From: Octopus bimaculoides
Lineage: Eukaryota
Reading direction: 5' to 3'
Length of the DNA stretch: 64,000 nt
Assembly (NCBI RefSeq): GCF_001194135.2
Contig: NC_068981.1
Coordinates: forward strand, 182,430,284 to 182,494,283
A program made the position numbers and the translations under genes. Below the pieces are notes generated by a model. It was not told the DNA's origin. It was given only the letters and a program-made list of their open reading frames with translations, and made no database searches. This document shows positions 38,156-51,127 of this stretch, piece after piece. The stretch's first letter is position 1. Every line of letters begins with the position of its first letter.

Positions 38156-39688
38156 GTAAGAATATTATTATCATTTTTTGATCAGCAAAGGTGTATGTGC
38201 ACGAGTGGCTGGGCACTACAATGTAACAATGCATTAGTGTAACCCCTAAAAGAAAAGTCTACAATATTTGTTTTCAACATCAAGGGTGTCATCTATACTT
38301 GTGTGTGTGTGCAGTATGTCTTCCCGTAGAGAAGAGACAGTTCTTATAGGATTTGTTGTCACAGTACTTTGTTTTTCATCCTTTAAGTACCGGTCAAACA
38401 CTGGGGGTCATTATAATCAACTTACTTACTTCCTCTAAACTTGCTGGCCTTATGCTAAAAATTTGAGACAATTATTATTAGTCAACTAGTTAATTAATTA
38501 GTCAATCAACTAACTCATTGCTTGATTAATTCTTTGCTCAATCAATCAGCTGGTTTATCAGAGTCCTTCCATTGTCATTTACAACCTCATCATGGATGTG
38601 CTTGCATTGATCCGAGTCTGTTTCAATGAGAACTAACCTGATATTATTTTTTTTCCCAATTAAGCAGAGCAGAGATATGTAAGACGCATTGCAAAAAAAA
38701 AAAACAACAAAAAAAATCAGCAGATCTATAGCCAAAATCTATTTATAGATTGAATTCAGAAATAAACACTTGCGTCTAAAGCTTCCACTGTTGACCACAT
38801 CAAAAGTATAGAAGTAAAATAAATAACCAAGATGATAAGATTACTGGGAATTTCATGATGTATCTGGACAGTATACTGAATTCTGCAGGCCTCAGTCTAT
38901 GTGACTGCCTGAAATAGTTACTAAATCATTAGTGAATGTTATGTGATACATTGGCAGCCAATCCAGAATGGTTGATTTAAGCTTGGAAAAAAGCATTAAC
39001 ATTTCACTGAAGGGAAACAAGTAGACTCTGGTCATTCATCCATCTTCTTCACTCCCTATTCCTGTGAGGTTTGTTGGAGTAGAGTCCTCAGGCACCTCCT
39101 TCTTAGGGTCCTGTCAGAAGCAACTGATTGGATTCCCAAGCCTGACCAACAAAGACTATGAATAATATTACCGACCATCTTGTTTTTGGTCTTCCCCTGT
39201 GTTCCCTGCTGGTTAGCTTAGCTTGAAGAACCTGTCTTGTGAATCTTCCCTGCAACTTTTCTAATCACATGTCTGTAGTACCAGAGCTGTGACCTTTCAA
39301 TGCAGAGAATTAGTGGTTCAACCTGGTGAGACTCCTTGATCTCTGAGCTATGCACCCTTTTGGATAATATTACTTGACAGATCCTTCAGAGGGACACCGT
39401 TTTGGCCACTAGCATTCACAATTGTACCCTTTCGGTCATTACTTAACATTCATGTCCATAGATAAGGATAGGCACGAAAACCAAATGAAGATGGCAAGCT
39501 TGACTTTTTTGCCTCTTCTTATGAGGATCAAATGTTGGAGCTGCCGCATTACTGTGCCAGCATCTGCATTTCTAGCTTCCAGTTCAGTCTTTTGTTTTCC
39601 ATCACCCATAAATATGACCGAGATATCTAAACTTCTTCATTTGCAGACTCAGATTATTCTTTTTTTTTTTTCTTCTCTGTTTAAACAG

Positions 39689-39760
39689 ATGGAGTCAATA
39701 GAACTAGTCCCTGGAGTCAAGATCAAAGATGATAAAACAACAAAATCTGGCCCCAAAATC
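39689..39760 (+). CDS. C2orf81: C2orf81-like coding exon 9
   Basis: Long T tract plus ACAG acceptor; MESIELVPGVKIKDDKTTKSGPKI; GTGAGT donor, phase 0. Confidence 0.8.
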
Positions 39761-40173
39761 GTGAGTATTATATCATGCATAAATAAGAGTAGTTAAGAAG
39801 TTCACCTCACAACCTCATGGTTCTAGTTTCAATCCCACTGCACTGCACTACACCATGGACATGTGGTTTCCATCTTAAACAAGGGTCAACCAATACTTTG
39901 CAAGTGCGACTTGGTAGATGTAAGTTGTGCAATGCATAAAATATATATTTTATTCTTTTACTTACTTCAGTCATTTGATTGCGGCCATGCTGGAGCACTG
40001 CCTTAAAGGGTTTTTAGTCAAAACAATCGACCCCAGGACTTATTCTTTGTAAGCCTAGTACTTATTCAATCAGCCTCTTTTGCCAAATTGCTAAGTTACA
40101 GGGACAAACACACCAGCATCGGTTGTCAAATGATGGAAGGGGGACGAACACAGACACACACACATAAATACAC

Positions 40174-40225
<52 letters not shown>

Positions 40226-40752
40226 NNNNNNNNNNNNNNNNNNNNNNNNNNNNNNNNNNNNNNNNNNNNNNNNNNNNNNNNNNNNNNNNNNNNNNNNNNN
40301 NNNNNNNNNNNNNNNNNNNNNNNNNNNNNNNNNNNNNNNNNNNNNNNNNNNNNNNNNNNNNNNNNNNNNNNNNNNNNNNNNNNNNNNNNNNNNNNNNNNN
40401 NNNNNNNNNNNNNNNNNNNNNNNNNNNNNNNNNNNNNNNNNNNNNNNNNNNNNNNNNNNNNNNNNNNNNNNNNNNNNNNNNNNNNNNNNNNNNNNNNNNN
40501 NNNNNNNNNNNNNNNNNNNNNNNNNNNNNNNNNNNNNATATATATATATATATATACAATGGGTTTCTTTCAATTTCTGTCTACCAAATCCACTCACATG
40601 GCTTGCTTTGATTAGTCCGAAGCTATATGAGAAAACATATATATTTTTAAAAAATAATTACTTCAGTATTTTCATCATTCCTCACTCATTATTTGGTTCT
40701 TTTTATCCTTTCACAATTAACAGTATTGTTTCTTTTTACCTTCTTTTGCAAG

Positions 40753-40920
40753 CGTGAACCTTCAGAACATGCGTATAACTCAGATGATTTGAACAGAATG
40801 GAAAATGACACGCCTCAAACTGAGAATAATTCACATTCATTAGACAGAAAGACAGCTTTACCAGAAAATTTTTGTTTACCTCCAATCACTTCACACGTTT
40901 CATTTCAAAAGTCACTGTAA
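40753..40920 (+). CDS. C2orf81: C2orf81-like terminal coding exon 10
   Basis: cttttgcaag acceptor, phase 0; REPSEHAYNSDDLNRMENDTPQTENNSHSLDRKTALPENFCLPPITSHVSFQKSL then TAA. AATAAA at 41081. The spliced total is about 381 aa; extra symmetric exons inside N gaps cannot be excluded. Confidence 0.72.
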   Translation, partial: REPSEHAYNSDDLNRMENDTPQTENNSHSLDRKTALPENFCLPPITSHVSFQKSL

Positions 40921-42247
40921 TTTGGTTAGGTATAGAAACCTGTTAATGTTCTAAACATATCTGAGAGATAGGAAAGCCCTAATTTTTTTGTCTGTTTCTC
41001 ATTTATTGTTTACATAATGTTAACTAAAATTCACCCTAATCTTAAACTAAATGAGAAATAATATTTTTAAGAAATTCAGAAATAAAAAATAATGCTTTAT
41101 TGTTTTGTTAAAAATATATTTTCTCAATTTTGTTTTTTCTTTTTGAGTAACACCAGTCTGATTTGTCCAAAATACAGGTATCATCATCATCATAATGATT
41201 ATATGATTATCATTTAACATATGCTTTCCATGTTGGACAGTGTGACAGGATCCAGTGAGCCTCAGGGCATCATGTCAAGCCCCAACGTCAGCTTTGGCAT
41301 GGTTTCTATGGCTAAATTCCTTTCCTTTACAGAGTGTACTGGGTGCTTTTTTTCATGCCATTGGTACTAGTGAGGTCAGCAAGTAACTTTGCAAGACAAG
41401 AACAGGAAAAAGGTAAAAGCCCCTTGACCAAGGGTGGGTGGTATTTAAGGCAGGGGCAGTGGTTTTATGCCAGGTGTAGAGATGCTAAAGTATGATAGAG
41501 GGACAAACTCAGGTAACATAAGAAACAGATCTAAATGAGACCTGTACATTTGAAAATAGCATTCTTCAAACTGGTTTTGGAGCATACCTCATGTTAAGAT
41601 GTCAAGACAAAGAAACACACACAAATATATTATATTTACATATATACGATGGGCTTCCATCTACTAAATCCACTCACAAGGCTTATGCTGGCCCAGGGCT
41701 ATAATAGAAGACACTTGCTCAAGGTGCCCCGCAGTGGGATTGAAACTCCAAATCATGTGATGGGGAGAGAAACTTCTTAAGACACAGCCATGCCTGCACT
41801 TAAGTTCCATATCATTTATCTTTCATAAACTGAAAACAAAATAAATACACTCATTTGTCAATCATCCATTTAAATTCAAAGTATAAAGTTATAATAAATA
41901 AGAAACTGAAATAATTACACCATAAATAAAATAAACTATACAATCGTTCAGTGTTTCAATGTGTTGAGTTACCATATTTTCCAGTTTACAAGTCGGATTT
42001 TTTAGACCAAATTTCACAGCCAAAAAAAAAAGGTAGATTAACTTATTCACCAAAACAACTTCAGAGGACCAAAAATTCCATGTGAAATGCAACAGGATTT
42101 TGAAAGCTAGTGAAGATATTTAAATATTTACACTACATGTTTCCAATATATAATACACTGACATGTATATCAGAAAATACAGTAAATTTTGAGATACAAC
42201 AGAATATTATTTTTGACAAAGTTGTGAAATATCAAATGCCACAGGGG

Positions 42248-42787
42248 TCATTGTTTTTTCAAGAAACTCAGTTCAACTTTTAGAAAGGCTTTCAAACTGA
42301 CATCCTCAATTGCTTCAATATCTTTCAAGGCTTTCTCTATACCATCTGCACTATAAAATTCCTTCATTTCTTCAGCATATGTAATCCAAACACAATTCGC
42401 ACAGCCACTCATACAACAGTCTGTTGGCGGATCGGGTGGAGTTTTTGTTACTTTACAAACAGGATTTTCTTTTGTTACTAAATCTTCATTTAATTTTTTT
42501 CCTTCATAAAATTCCTGGATAAAATCCGAATGAGTTTTATCTGTGGAACTCTCGTTTTGAGAAACAGACCTAATAATGTGAGTTCTTTTATCTTTTTCTG
42601 AGTTGCTAAGATGGTCTGACTCAGTGGTAATTTCTTGAGATGTTTGACTGACACCCGATGCATTAGAATGGTCCTTTATTAAACACCGATGACATGTATG
42701 TTGAATATAATTAACATCCTTTGAGATATTGAAGACAGGAGTTCTGATGAACCTGATACCAGGTGTTAATACTCTGTGCACAGGCAT
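42248..42787 (-). CDS. OXLD1: Oxidoreductase-like domain-containing protein 1 (Oxidored-like domain), single coding exon
   Basis: 179-aa ORF whose C-terminus PPDPPTDCCMSGCANCVWITYAEEMKEFY...DVSLKAFLKVEL is the hallmark of the OXLD1/C17orf90 family. The Arg-rich N-terminus resembles a mitochondrial presequence. A splice acceptor (gtgtag) precedes position 42860. Confidence 0.92.
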   Translation of the reverse strand: MPVHRVLTPGIRFIRTPVFNISKDVNYIQHTCHRCLIKDHSNASGVSQTSQEITTESDHLSNSEKDKRTHIIRSVSQNESSTDKTHSDFIQEFYEGKKLNEDLVTKENPVCKVTKTPPDPPTDCCMSGCANCVWITYAEEMKEFYSADGIEKALKDIEAIEDVSLKAFLKVELSFLKKQ

Positions 42788-44199
42788 TGCTTGAAATAAA
42801 ACTTTTGCAGATGTACAACATTACCATAAGAGATCCATCTTCTTTGTCACATGGAACAACCTACACAATGAAATAAAGATTACTAACATTACAATATTTA
42901 AATACTGTTTAAGAATAGACACACACACATATCTATGTATACAGATAGAGAGAGAGAAAGAGAGAGTAAGTTCCCCAATGAGTTTTTATAAGTCCAGGAA
43001 AAGCCAAGCACTTGTATATTAGATGATAGAATGGGTATGTTCTCGTAACAGCCAATTCATGTTACTGGATGATTTCATGGTAAAGAACCTTCTGAGTGTA
43101 GAAAGGTAAACTAACAATATTCAAACATGGCTGAATAGAAGAGTGTAGGTTAGGTTCTTTACTACTGGAGTCCTAAATAAGTGTTAGACTTTAAAAAAAA
43201 TACTGGGGTCGATTTGTCTAAAACCCTTCAAAGAGGTATCCAAGCATGGCCGCAGTCCAACAACTGAACTAAATGATAAAAAAACATTCTAATTTCATAC
43301 ATATATCTATTCAGAGTTACCCAGGTGATTATTGCTAAGATAAACTAGGATAAATCCATCAGGAGTCTCGCCTATACCTTCTAAACTTTCCCAATCAGAA
43401 CACACAGTTAGTCAGTCATTTATATTAGTGTTTCTTAGAGGAAGAATGAAATGTAAAGAATGAAAAGTGGACTAAGTGCCATGCTTATTAAGGTTAAAAA
43501 TGATTTAAAGCTTTTAAAACTGAATAACACCATGAGGAAGAAAGAAAAATTATATAATGTAAATTCTATTTCATTTTAAAACTAAATAAAGGGGTGGGGA
43601 ACTCAATAATATTTTAAAGTTTGTTTGATATTGGTTAGTTCGAAAACCACTCTTTTGTAAGCATACCAACCATGTTTTCTATAATAAATTTGTTTTTTTT
43701 GTATGAGATATCATCATCATCGTTTAACGTCTGCCCTCCATGCTAGCATGGGTTGGACAATTTGACTGAGGACTGGTGGACCAGGTGGCTACACCAGGCT
43801 CCAATCTGATTTGGCAGAGTTTCTACAGCTGGATGCCCTTCCTAATGCCAACCACTCCGAGAGTGTAGTGGGTGCTTTTACGTGCCACCGGCATGAAGGC
43901 CAGTCAGGCGGTACTAGCAATGGCCATGCTCGAAATGGTGTATTTTACGTGCCGCCTGCACAGGAGCCAGTCCAGCGGTACTGGCAACGATCTCGCTCGA
44001 ATGTCTTTTCACGTGACAGGAAGGCGACGTTGGTAACGATCACGCTCAATTGGTGCTATTTACGTGCCACCGGCACGGAAGCCAGACAGCCGGTGCTCTG
44101 GCAACGATCATGCTCGGACGGTGCTCTTAGTGCTCAACTGGTACAGGTGCCATCGACACCCTTCTTTTTTTTTTCCAAGGGTTTGTCTTGACCTATCAT

Positions 44200-44430
44200 A
44201 ACTCCACTACTACAGACATGTAATTAGAATGTTGCAGGAAAGGGTTGCAAGAAAGATTCTTCAAGCCGAGTCAACTGGTAGAAGACCAAGGATAGTCCAA
44301 GAGTGAGATGCTTGGATAATATTCATAGTCTCAGTTATTGAGGCTGGGGAATTCAACCAGAAAGTCCAATAGCAGATGCTTCCGATAGGACTATATGGAA
44401 GAAGTGACCAAGGACTCTACTCCATGAGCC
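44200..44430 (+). mobile_element. Old RTE-like LINE C-terminal relic (homologous minus-strand copy near 39100-39330)
   Basis: Shared motif ctacagacatgt.attagaa..gttgcag...ttcttcaagc and a degenerate GRRPR translation. Confidence 0.55.
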
Positions 44431-44544
44431 TCCCAGAAACAAAGGACAGAGAAAATGAACGAAAGGTTTGACTTAGGTCAACGTTTAAGTTAAGTTATCC
44501 TCGAAGAACGTTTGGGTAACGGTTGGCATAGCTAAAGATGTGTA

Positions 44545-45045
44545 CCCCACCGACTTTGTTGCCTCATAACATCCAGAAAAATAGAGTCTTTTAATGAGTA
44601 TCTTTTAGTGAAAGTTTATAGAAATACCTTTCAAACGGCATAAATTACAATAATTAAGAAATTTGTGGGGAAATTTTTTTCCGAAGGGATGGGGAGAGGA
44701 GTTTCAGAAAACGGAGTTTCAGATCAGAAGACCACACAAATTCATTTTTTACTCCCTCTCCCCACCACCGATCCCACTCCAGACCGATTTTGGCCAATTT
44801 TTTTTTTGCTCTAAAAAACCATGGGAGGAGCCTTTTCGGTAAAAAAAAAAGCAAAAAACAAAAAAAATTGTAAATATTTTCAGAGGAAAAAGTGTGATTT
44901 AAGGAAAATTTGGCTGTTGTTTCTAGCACATCCCAAGACAACCCTCCTCGTTTCAATCGAGCTTGTATTGATGCTTTTCAATATTTTTCTCCCGTTAAAA
45001 AGTATCCGTTTTTCTGGAAATTATGAGGCAACAAAATCGGTGGGG
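44545..45045. mobile_element. Non-autonomous DNA transposon (probably Tc1/mariner, TA-flanked)
   Basis: About 36-bp TIRs starting ccccaccga with 3 mismatches, TA on both sides; symmetry extends outward (tgtgta...tacaca). Confidence 0.75.
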
Positions 45046-46169
45046 TACACAACTGTAGTTATGCCCTCATGACAACATCTAAGGCATTGAAAAAACAGTT
45101 GGATTATATTGTTTGATGGTGACGGTGTACTTAGTCTGGTTGGAATATTGATTCGACAGACTGCAGATGGAGTAGGAGGATATATTGAGTAACCCTTTAA
45201 GGCTCGTAAAGAGGTCATTAACCCCATGAAACAAGGGAGGTCAATAACCCCATGAAACTAACGTAATAGAAAAAACAGGGAGTAGGCTAAGTTCTCAAGA
45301 AGAATGTTAACTATCCATCGTAATTAAAAAATACACTCAGTTTCAAATTAAGAAGTCTGTTTTGTTTAATACTGAATAAAGAATTAGTATTGCATCATAC
45401 TTCGTCTTTTGTAAAAGCTTTATAAATGCTTTAATAGTGCAGTGTTATATAATCGTTTTGTAAAAATAATTGACGAAAGTATGGGAACTGAACAGTTTAT
45501 TATATTAATTCATATAGTTTTCCAGTCAGAGTTATTTCAGTTCACTTAAATCGCAAATGATTTCAAGAGAGGGTATTTTGCTGTCGTTAAATCGAAATAC
45601 TCCACTCTTCCTGAAAAAACATAAACAAATTATATAATCGCTCTTAGAACTTCAATTCCGTTTTGTACCATCAGACAAAAATATTTCATTTCGTCTCGTT
45701 AAGTTGAAACATGATGTTTGTTTACCCCCAAAACAGCTAATTACAATTAATATGATTAGATGCTGTGTAAGATAACTTTTCTCTTTATTTGTGTTGCAAT
45801 ATTCTTTATTTTTGTCGTTTAAGGAAATCATTTTGCAAGTTTAACGACTTTATAAACTCTCGTTCACATACATTAGTTTGCACAAAATTGTTGAAGCAAT
45901 ACCCGTCTCGGTTGTTAACAATCAGGACATTGCGTCAATCAGAAATTCCATGCTTTCCGAAATTCACAAATACTATTCGTAACATTCTTGTGTACCTTTT
46001 CCTCTTAATAACTCTTTCGCAAATCACTCTTTCGTGTTCTTGTATTATTCAGCGTACTACACATGTAATTCTGACCATTCACAAGACTTAATGTTGCGTT
46101 CTGTTTCTTGTTATCATTTTCCCATGTATTGTAGCGCACCTGACACTGTGTACAATAAAATTATTATTA

Positions 46170-46209
<40 letters not shown>

Positions 46210-46457
46210 CTTTTTTTTATGTAGAGTGGCAGAGAAGCATGTCTGAAATAACACGGTTCGAATAAGATTACACTCGCCCGATAATTTTTCATTGAATTAA
46301 TAATAAAGAACTGCCCAATGACGTTGAATAATTCTAAATAACAGACGTTAATATAAGCAGTGGAAAATAATGAAGCCTTGAGAAAAATATGAAGACATTA
46401 TATAAATTAAGGAGTGGTTGTTAGTCAAGAACAAAAGGTGTTCGAAAGGAGAGATAC

Positions 46458-46661
46458 CTGTTGTTGACCCTCACAACGGCTGACATCGGAGTTATCTCCC
46501 TTCAGTAGGAATTCTTAATTTACTGATTCGTTGAGTTAGACTTTAATGCTACACTAAAGCTGAACATGTTTCCTGCATCCAACAATAGGCAACCGGTTGG
46601 AGAAAGATGGATTCTGTCAAGCTTATGTTTTTGGCATACAACTCGAAGAGAAATCCTTCAG
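46458..46661. promoter_or_regulatory. Possible bidirectional promoter region with divergent first-exon donors
   Basis: CpG-retaining unique sequence. A minus-strand donor CAG|GTATCT (exon ending 46458) points toward OXLD1; a plus-strand donor CAG|GTACCG sits at 46661. Confidence 0.3.
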
Positions 46662-48834
46662 GTACCGATCCAGGAAAAATTATGGAATGTTTTTATTTCA
46701 GGGGTATAAATGGTCAAGTCTTGTGTTTCTCGTTGTGGTTTGATATGTGGGGGACGAAATTGCCATGCTTAATAGAAAGAGCCTATTTTAGTTTTCAACT
46801 CCATAATGAAGACTGAAGAATTATAAGGATACACACTCTATTTTATTTTATAATTAATAAAGAGGTAGAAAAGGTGAACGTGGGTGGGGAAGCAACCCCC
46901 CCCCAAAAAAAAAACTATAGGATGAAAGGAAGAAATGCACTCATGTTTCTGCTAAGGAGACCTGATTTTGTCCCTTTGAGAATCCCTGAATGAGTGAATA
47001 GGCAGCAGGAAAGTGTCTAGGTTATGGGCTATGAGCTATAATCAAAGTATAGGCAATAATTTCTGAAAAAATGGTCCCATCCATATGATTGCAATTAGAT
47101 TCTGCAGAGTCAGCATTAACCAGTAGCAGCAGCCTAATAAAATGGATGAGTGTCTCATTAGCTTACAGATTATATTTCAAATGAAGAACAACGTTTCCTT
47201 AAACTGTCTTCAGTAGTGGTTCTACAAAATAAGAGTTATAGAATTTTCAACTCTAAAATGTGTGTGTGTGTGTGTAAGATTTATATTAGCATGGATCATC
47301 TAAATGCAAACTCTATAAAAAGGTTTAATTTTTACTACATCTAGATGAAACTAATCATCATGGGAGGTATAGTTCACCAGAAGAGTAAGAGAACTGTATA
47401 ATTGTGTTGATAAGGGGACACCAGGCACATGCATCACAACCATATGTGCGCAACATGGTGATCTCATATCAAGATAAACAGCGCATGACCTCACAGGTGG
47501 GGCAAGGTTAGAATTTTCTTCATGTTGAGTAGCCTATCCCACTCAAAAGGTCCCTGAATAAGGTTTGTTTAAGGATGTTGAGCAAAACACCCATGTTTCT
47601 AAAGGTGAATTATTTAAACCCCAAAGAATTCCTCTCAATGTATGGCTATGATGCTCTCCCACTACTTCTGCTCGTAATTAGAGATATACATATCGTCAGC
47701 CATCAAGGGACATGCTCAACTGGTTAAGGTCAAACAACTGACAAGCAAATCTGTGGTATTAAGCAGAATATTTGCTGTAGCCCAAGACAAAACAATGTAC
47801 ATGATAACACTTCCAATCAATTAAGATTAGAAGCCATGAGAACCACTGCCTGGTACTGCATTATTATTATTATTATTATTATTATTATCTGTTTGACTAG
47901 AACCATGAAAGATGGTACCCCAGCATAACTGCAGTTCAATGGTAGAAACAAATAAAAAAAGATATCCCTTCCACCTGGCCCAGCCACAATCTCTGTTCTC
48001 TCTTTTTGTTAGTGTTACCCTGTCCCACTCCTAGGGCTTGCACTCACTGCTTCACTAAACTTTCTTGCAAGCTATCAGTTCTCTCTGGATTTTCCTTCCA
48101 CCCAGACATCAGCTTACACTCGTTCAAGCAGAACATGAACCATATCAATTTCACCAACATCAGATACCCCGAGGTCAAATCACTGCTCCACCCCCAACTA
48201 AGCCATGCAGAAACCAATGCACTCTAGTGAGCTCTGTTGAAATATATGCAAAGAGGGGGGCAATAGTAGCAACAGTGATAATAGATATTATTACAGTTAT
48301 TTAACTACAGTTCAGTTCTAGTCAAATGAACCTATAATCAAAGGTCTCCCAACTGTGACCTTCCCATCTATTTTTTTTTTTTAGTTTTTTTTTGCAGGAA
48401 TGATATCTCAAGGACCACATTATCCAATTTTACTTTTTTTTCAAAGACAGTAATATGTACTTTGAAGTAGATATAGCTGCTGTTTCTAGCAGGTTGAGTG
48501 AGTGAGAAAGACGTTCCTTCATTAATTTAATAGCAGCACATAATAATGAGAGAAACAGAAATACTAAACCATAGCATTATGTAGAAACAATATTATAGCT
48601 CAATTTTAATTAAAGAAATTTAATTAAAGTAATTGATAAGCAAGCTGCAATAGATTAACACCAGTTTAGTAAGTAACTTTTCGGTGTGGGAACAATAAGT
48701 TGTAATCTGATTATTGTTATAGCTTTATTTCATGGGTGAATTCAGTACTTTCTTGAATATTCCCACATGTTAAACATCCGTGTGATCTTATGTCTGTTCT
48801 TTTTGTGCTTTCTTTCTTTACTTTTTTACACTTT

Positions 48835-49250
48835 TACTCTTTTATTTGTTTCAGTCATTTGTCTGCGGCCATGCTGGAGCACCGCCTTTAATCGAAACAA
48901 ATTGACTCTGGTACTCATTCTTTGTAAGCCTAGTACTTATTCTATCAGTCTCTTTTGCCGAACTGGTAAGTTACTGCGATGTAAACACACCAGCATCAGT
49001 TGTCGAGCAATGGTTGGGGGACAGACACAGACACACAGACACACGCACACACATACACACACAAACACACACACACACACACACACATAACAGGCTTCTT
49101 TCAGTTTCTGTCTACCAAATCCACTCACAAGTCTCTGGTCGACCCAAGGCTATAGTAGAAGACACCTGCCCAAGGTGCCACTCAGTGGGACTGAACCTGG
49201 AACCATATGGTTGGTAAGCAAGCTGCTTACCACACCACCTCTCCTGCACC
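48835..49250 (-). mobile_element. CORE-like SINE copy
   Basis: Reverse complement of the 8585-8988 family, with an internal (CA)n. Confidence 0.85.
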
Positions 49251-49780
49251 TGTATATTGTTTACAAATAAGCTTCATTCTAATCCTCAAAAATGTGTGGT
49301 GTTATGCCTGCAAATATTAAAAATTATTGTAAGGTGATGAAGTGGCAGGATCATTTCCTCACTGGACAAAATGCCTGACAGCATTTCTTCTGACTTTATG
49401 TTCTGAGTTCAAATACTGCCAGGGTTGACTTTGGGATTAATAAGATAAAGTACCAGCTGAGCACTGGGGCTGATGTAATCGATTTAGCCCTTCCCTGAAA
49501 TTGCTGGCCTTGTGTCAAAATTTGCAATCAGTATTGGAAATTACTGTTATTATTAAGGAGAATAAAGCAATGAGCTGGCAGAATCATTAGCACGCCGGGC
49601 AAAATGCTTCGCAGCATTTCAGCTGTCCTTACATTCTGAGTTCAAATTCCATCAAGGTTGACTTTGCTTTTTATCCTTTCAGAGTTGATAAATTAAGTAT
49701 CAGTGGAACACTGGGGGTCGATGTAATTGACTAGTCCCCCCAACCAAAATTTTAAGTCTTGTGTCTATAGTAGAAAAGGT

Positions 49781-50715
49781 TGTAAGGACGACCGTGCGAA
49801 CTCAAAAAGGAGAAATGGTGACGAATGGAAAAACAGAGGACTCCTTTTATTTAAACGCGTCACATGGTCGAACACACAATAATATATCGAAGATGATATA
49901 CATGATATGTTATGCGACGATAACATAGATGACCAGTAATGAAAGACCACAACCGTATTAGATGTATAACAGAGATATTTATTGTAGCGTTAAAGATGTA
50001 TGTCTATGATTTATTATGGCGTTAAAGATGTATGTCTGTGTGAGAGTGTGAATGCGACATATAAGAACATAATCAAAGNNNNNNNNNNNNNNNNNNNNNN
50101 NNNNNNNNNNNNNNNNNNNNNNNNNNNNNNNNNNNNNNNNNNNNNNNNNNNNNNNNNNNNNNNNNNNNNNNNNNNNNNNNNNNNNNNNNNNNNNNNNNNN
50201 NNNNNNNNNNNNNNNNNNNNNNNNNNNNNNNNNNNNNNNNNNNNNNNNNNNNNNNNNNNNNNNNNNNNNNNNNNNNNNNNNNNNNNNNNNNNNNNNNNNN
50301 NNNNNNNNNNNNNNNNNNNNNNNNNNNNNNNNNNNNNNNNNNNNNNNNNNNNNNNNNNNNNNNNNNNNNNNNNNNNNNNNNNNNNNNNNNNNNNNNNNNN
50401 NNNNNNNNNNNNNNAAAGAGAAACTGGACCGAGACAAATTTGTGGGGTATGAGTTGATCTATATATAGCGTTAAGAGGGCTCCAAATGCCTTCAGAATTT
50501 TACTCTATCATGTGACCTTATTAGGGGCTGTGATTGGTCAGTTTGCGTTCTGGCAGGAAAGGTTCGAAGAAGTTGCCGATTCGAATAATAATCAGTCACG
50601 TGATGACAAGGAATGGGTTCTCTACTACGCTCGCATTTATTTATATTTAAATGAGAAGATTGTATGTAATGGCGATAGTAGTTTGTATCTAATGGCGGGA
50701 GGTAGTTTCACTACA
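49781..50715 (-). mobile_element. Solo LTR (probably Gypsy-type) inserted in a SINE tail
   Basis: TGTAAG...CTACA termini; 4-bp TSD aggt/gggt (1 mismatch). The minus strand has a TATA-like tract near 50460 upstream of AATAAA at 49978-49983. CpG-rich, with a central N gap. Confidence 0.7.
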
Positions 50716-50846
50716 GGGTTATTAAGGAGAGTAAATGTGGTTCAGTGAGAGAATTGGTAACACACTGCATGCTTAGCAGCATCTCATCCATCTTGTTCTG
50801 AGTTCAGTTTTCATTGAGGTTCACTTTGTCTTTCATACTTTTGGGG

Positions 50847-50887
<41 letters not shown>

Positions 50888-51096
50888 GTTTAACGTCCGC
50901 TTTCCATGCTGGCATGGGTTGGACGATTTGACTGAGGACTGGTGAAACCAGATGGCTGCACCAAGCTCCAATCTGATTTGGCAGAGTTTCTACAGCTGGA
51001 TGCCCTTCCTAATGCCAACCACTCCAAGAGTGTAGTGGGTGCTTTTATGTGCCACCTGCACGAGGGCCAGTCTGGCAGTAAAATCCAAGAGTAAAT

Positions 51097-51127
<31 letters not shown>

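Noticed and set aside
43870-44150. Regularly spaced repeats superficially like a CRISPR array
   Set aside because: Degenerate tandem subrepeats of a LINE 3' UTR with no unique spacers or cas genes, in a eukaryotic context.
46484-46510. Minus-strand ctgaagggagataactccga, resembling the start of the 37100 hammerhead
   Set aside because: Lacks the GA of the core, the GAAA and helices I and III.
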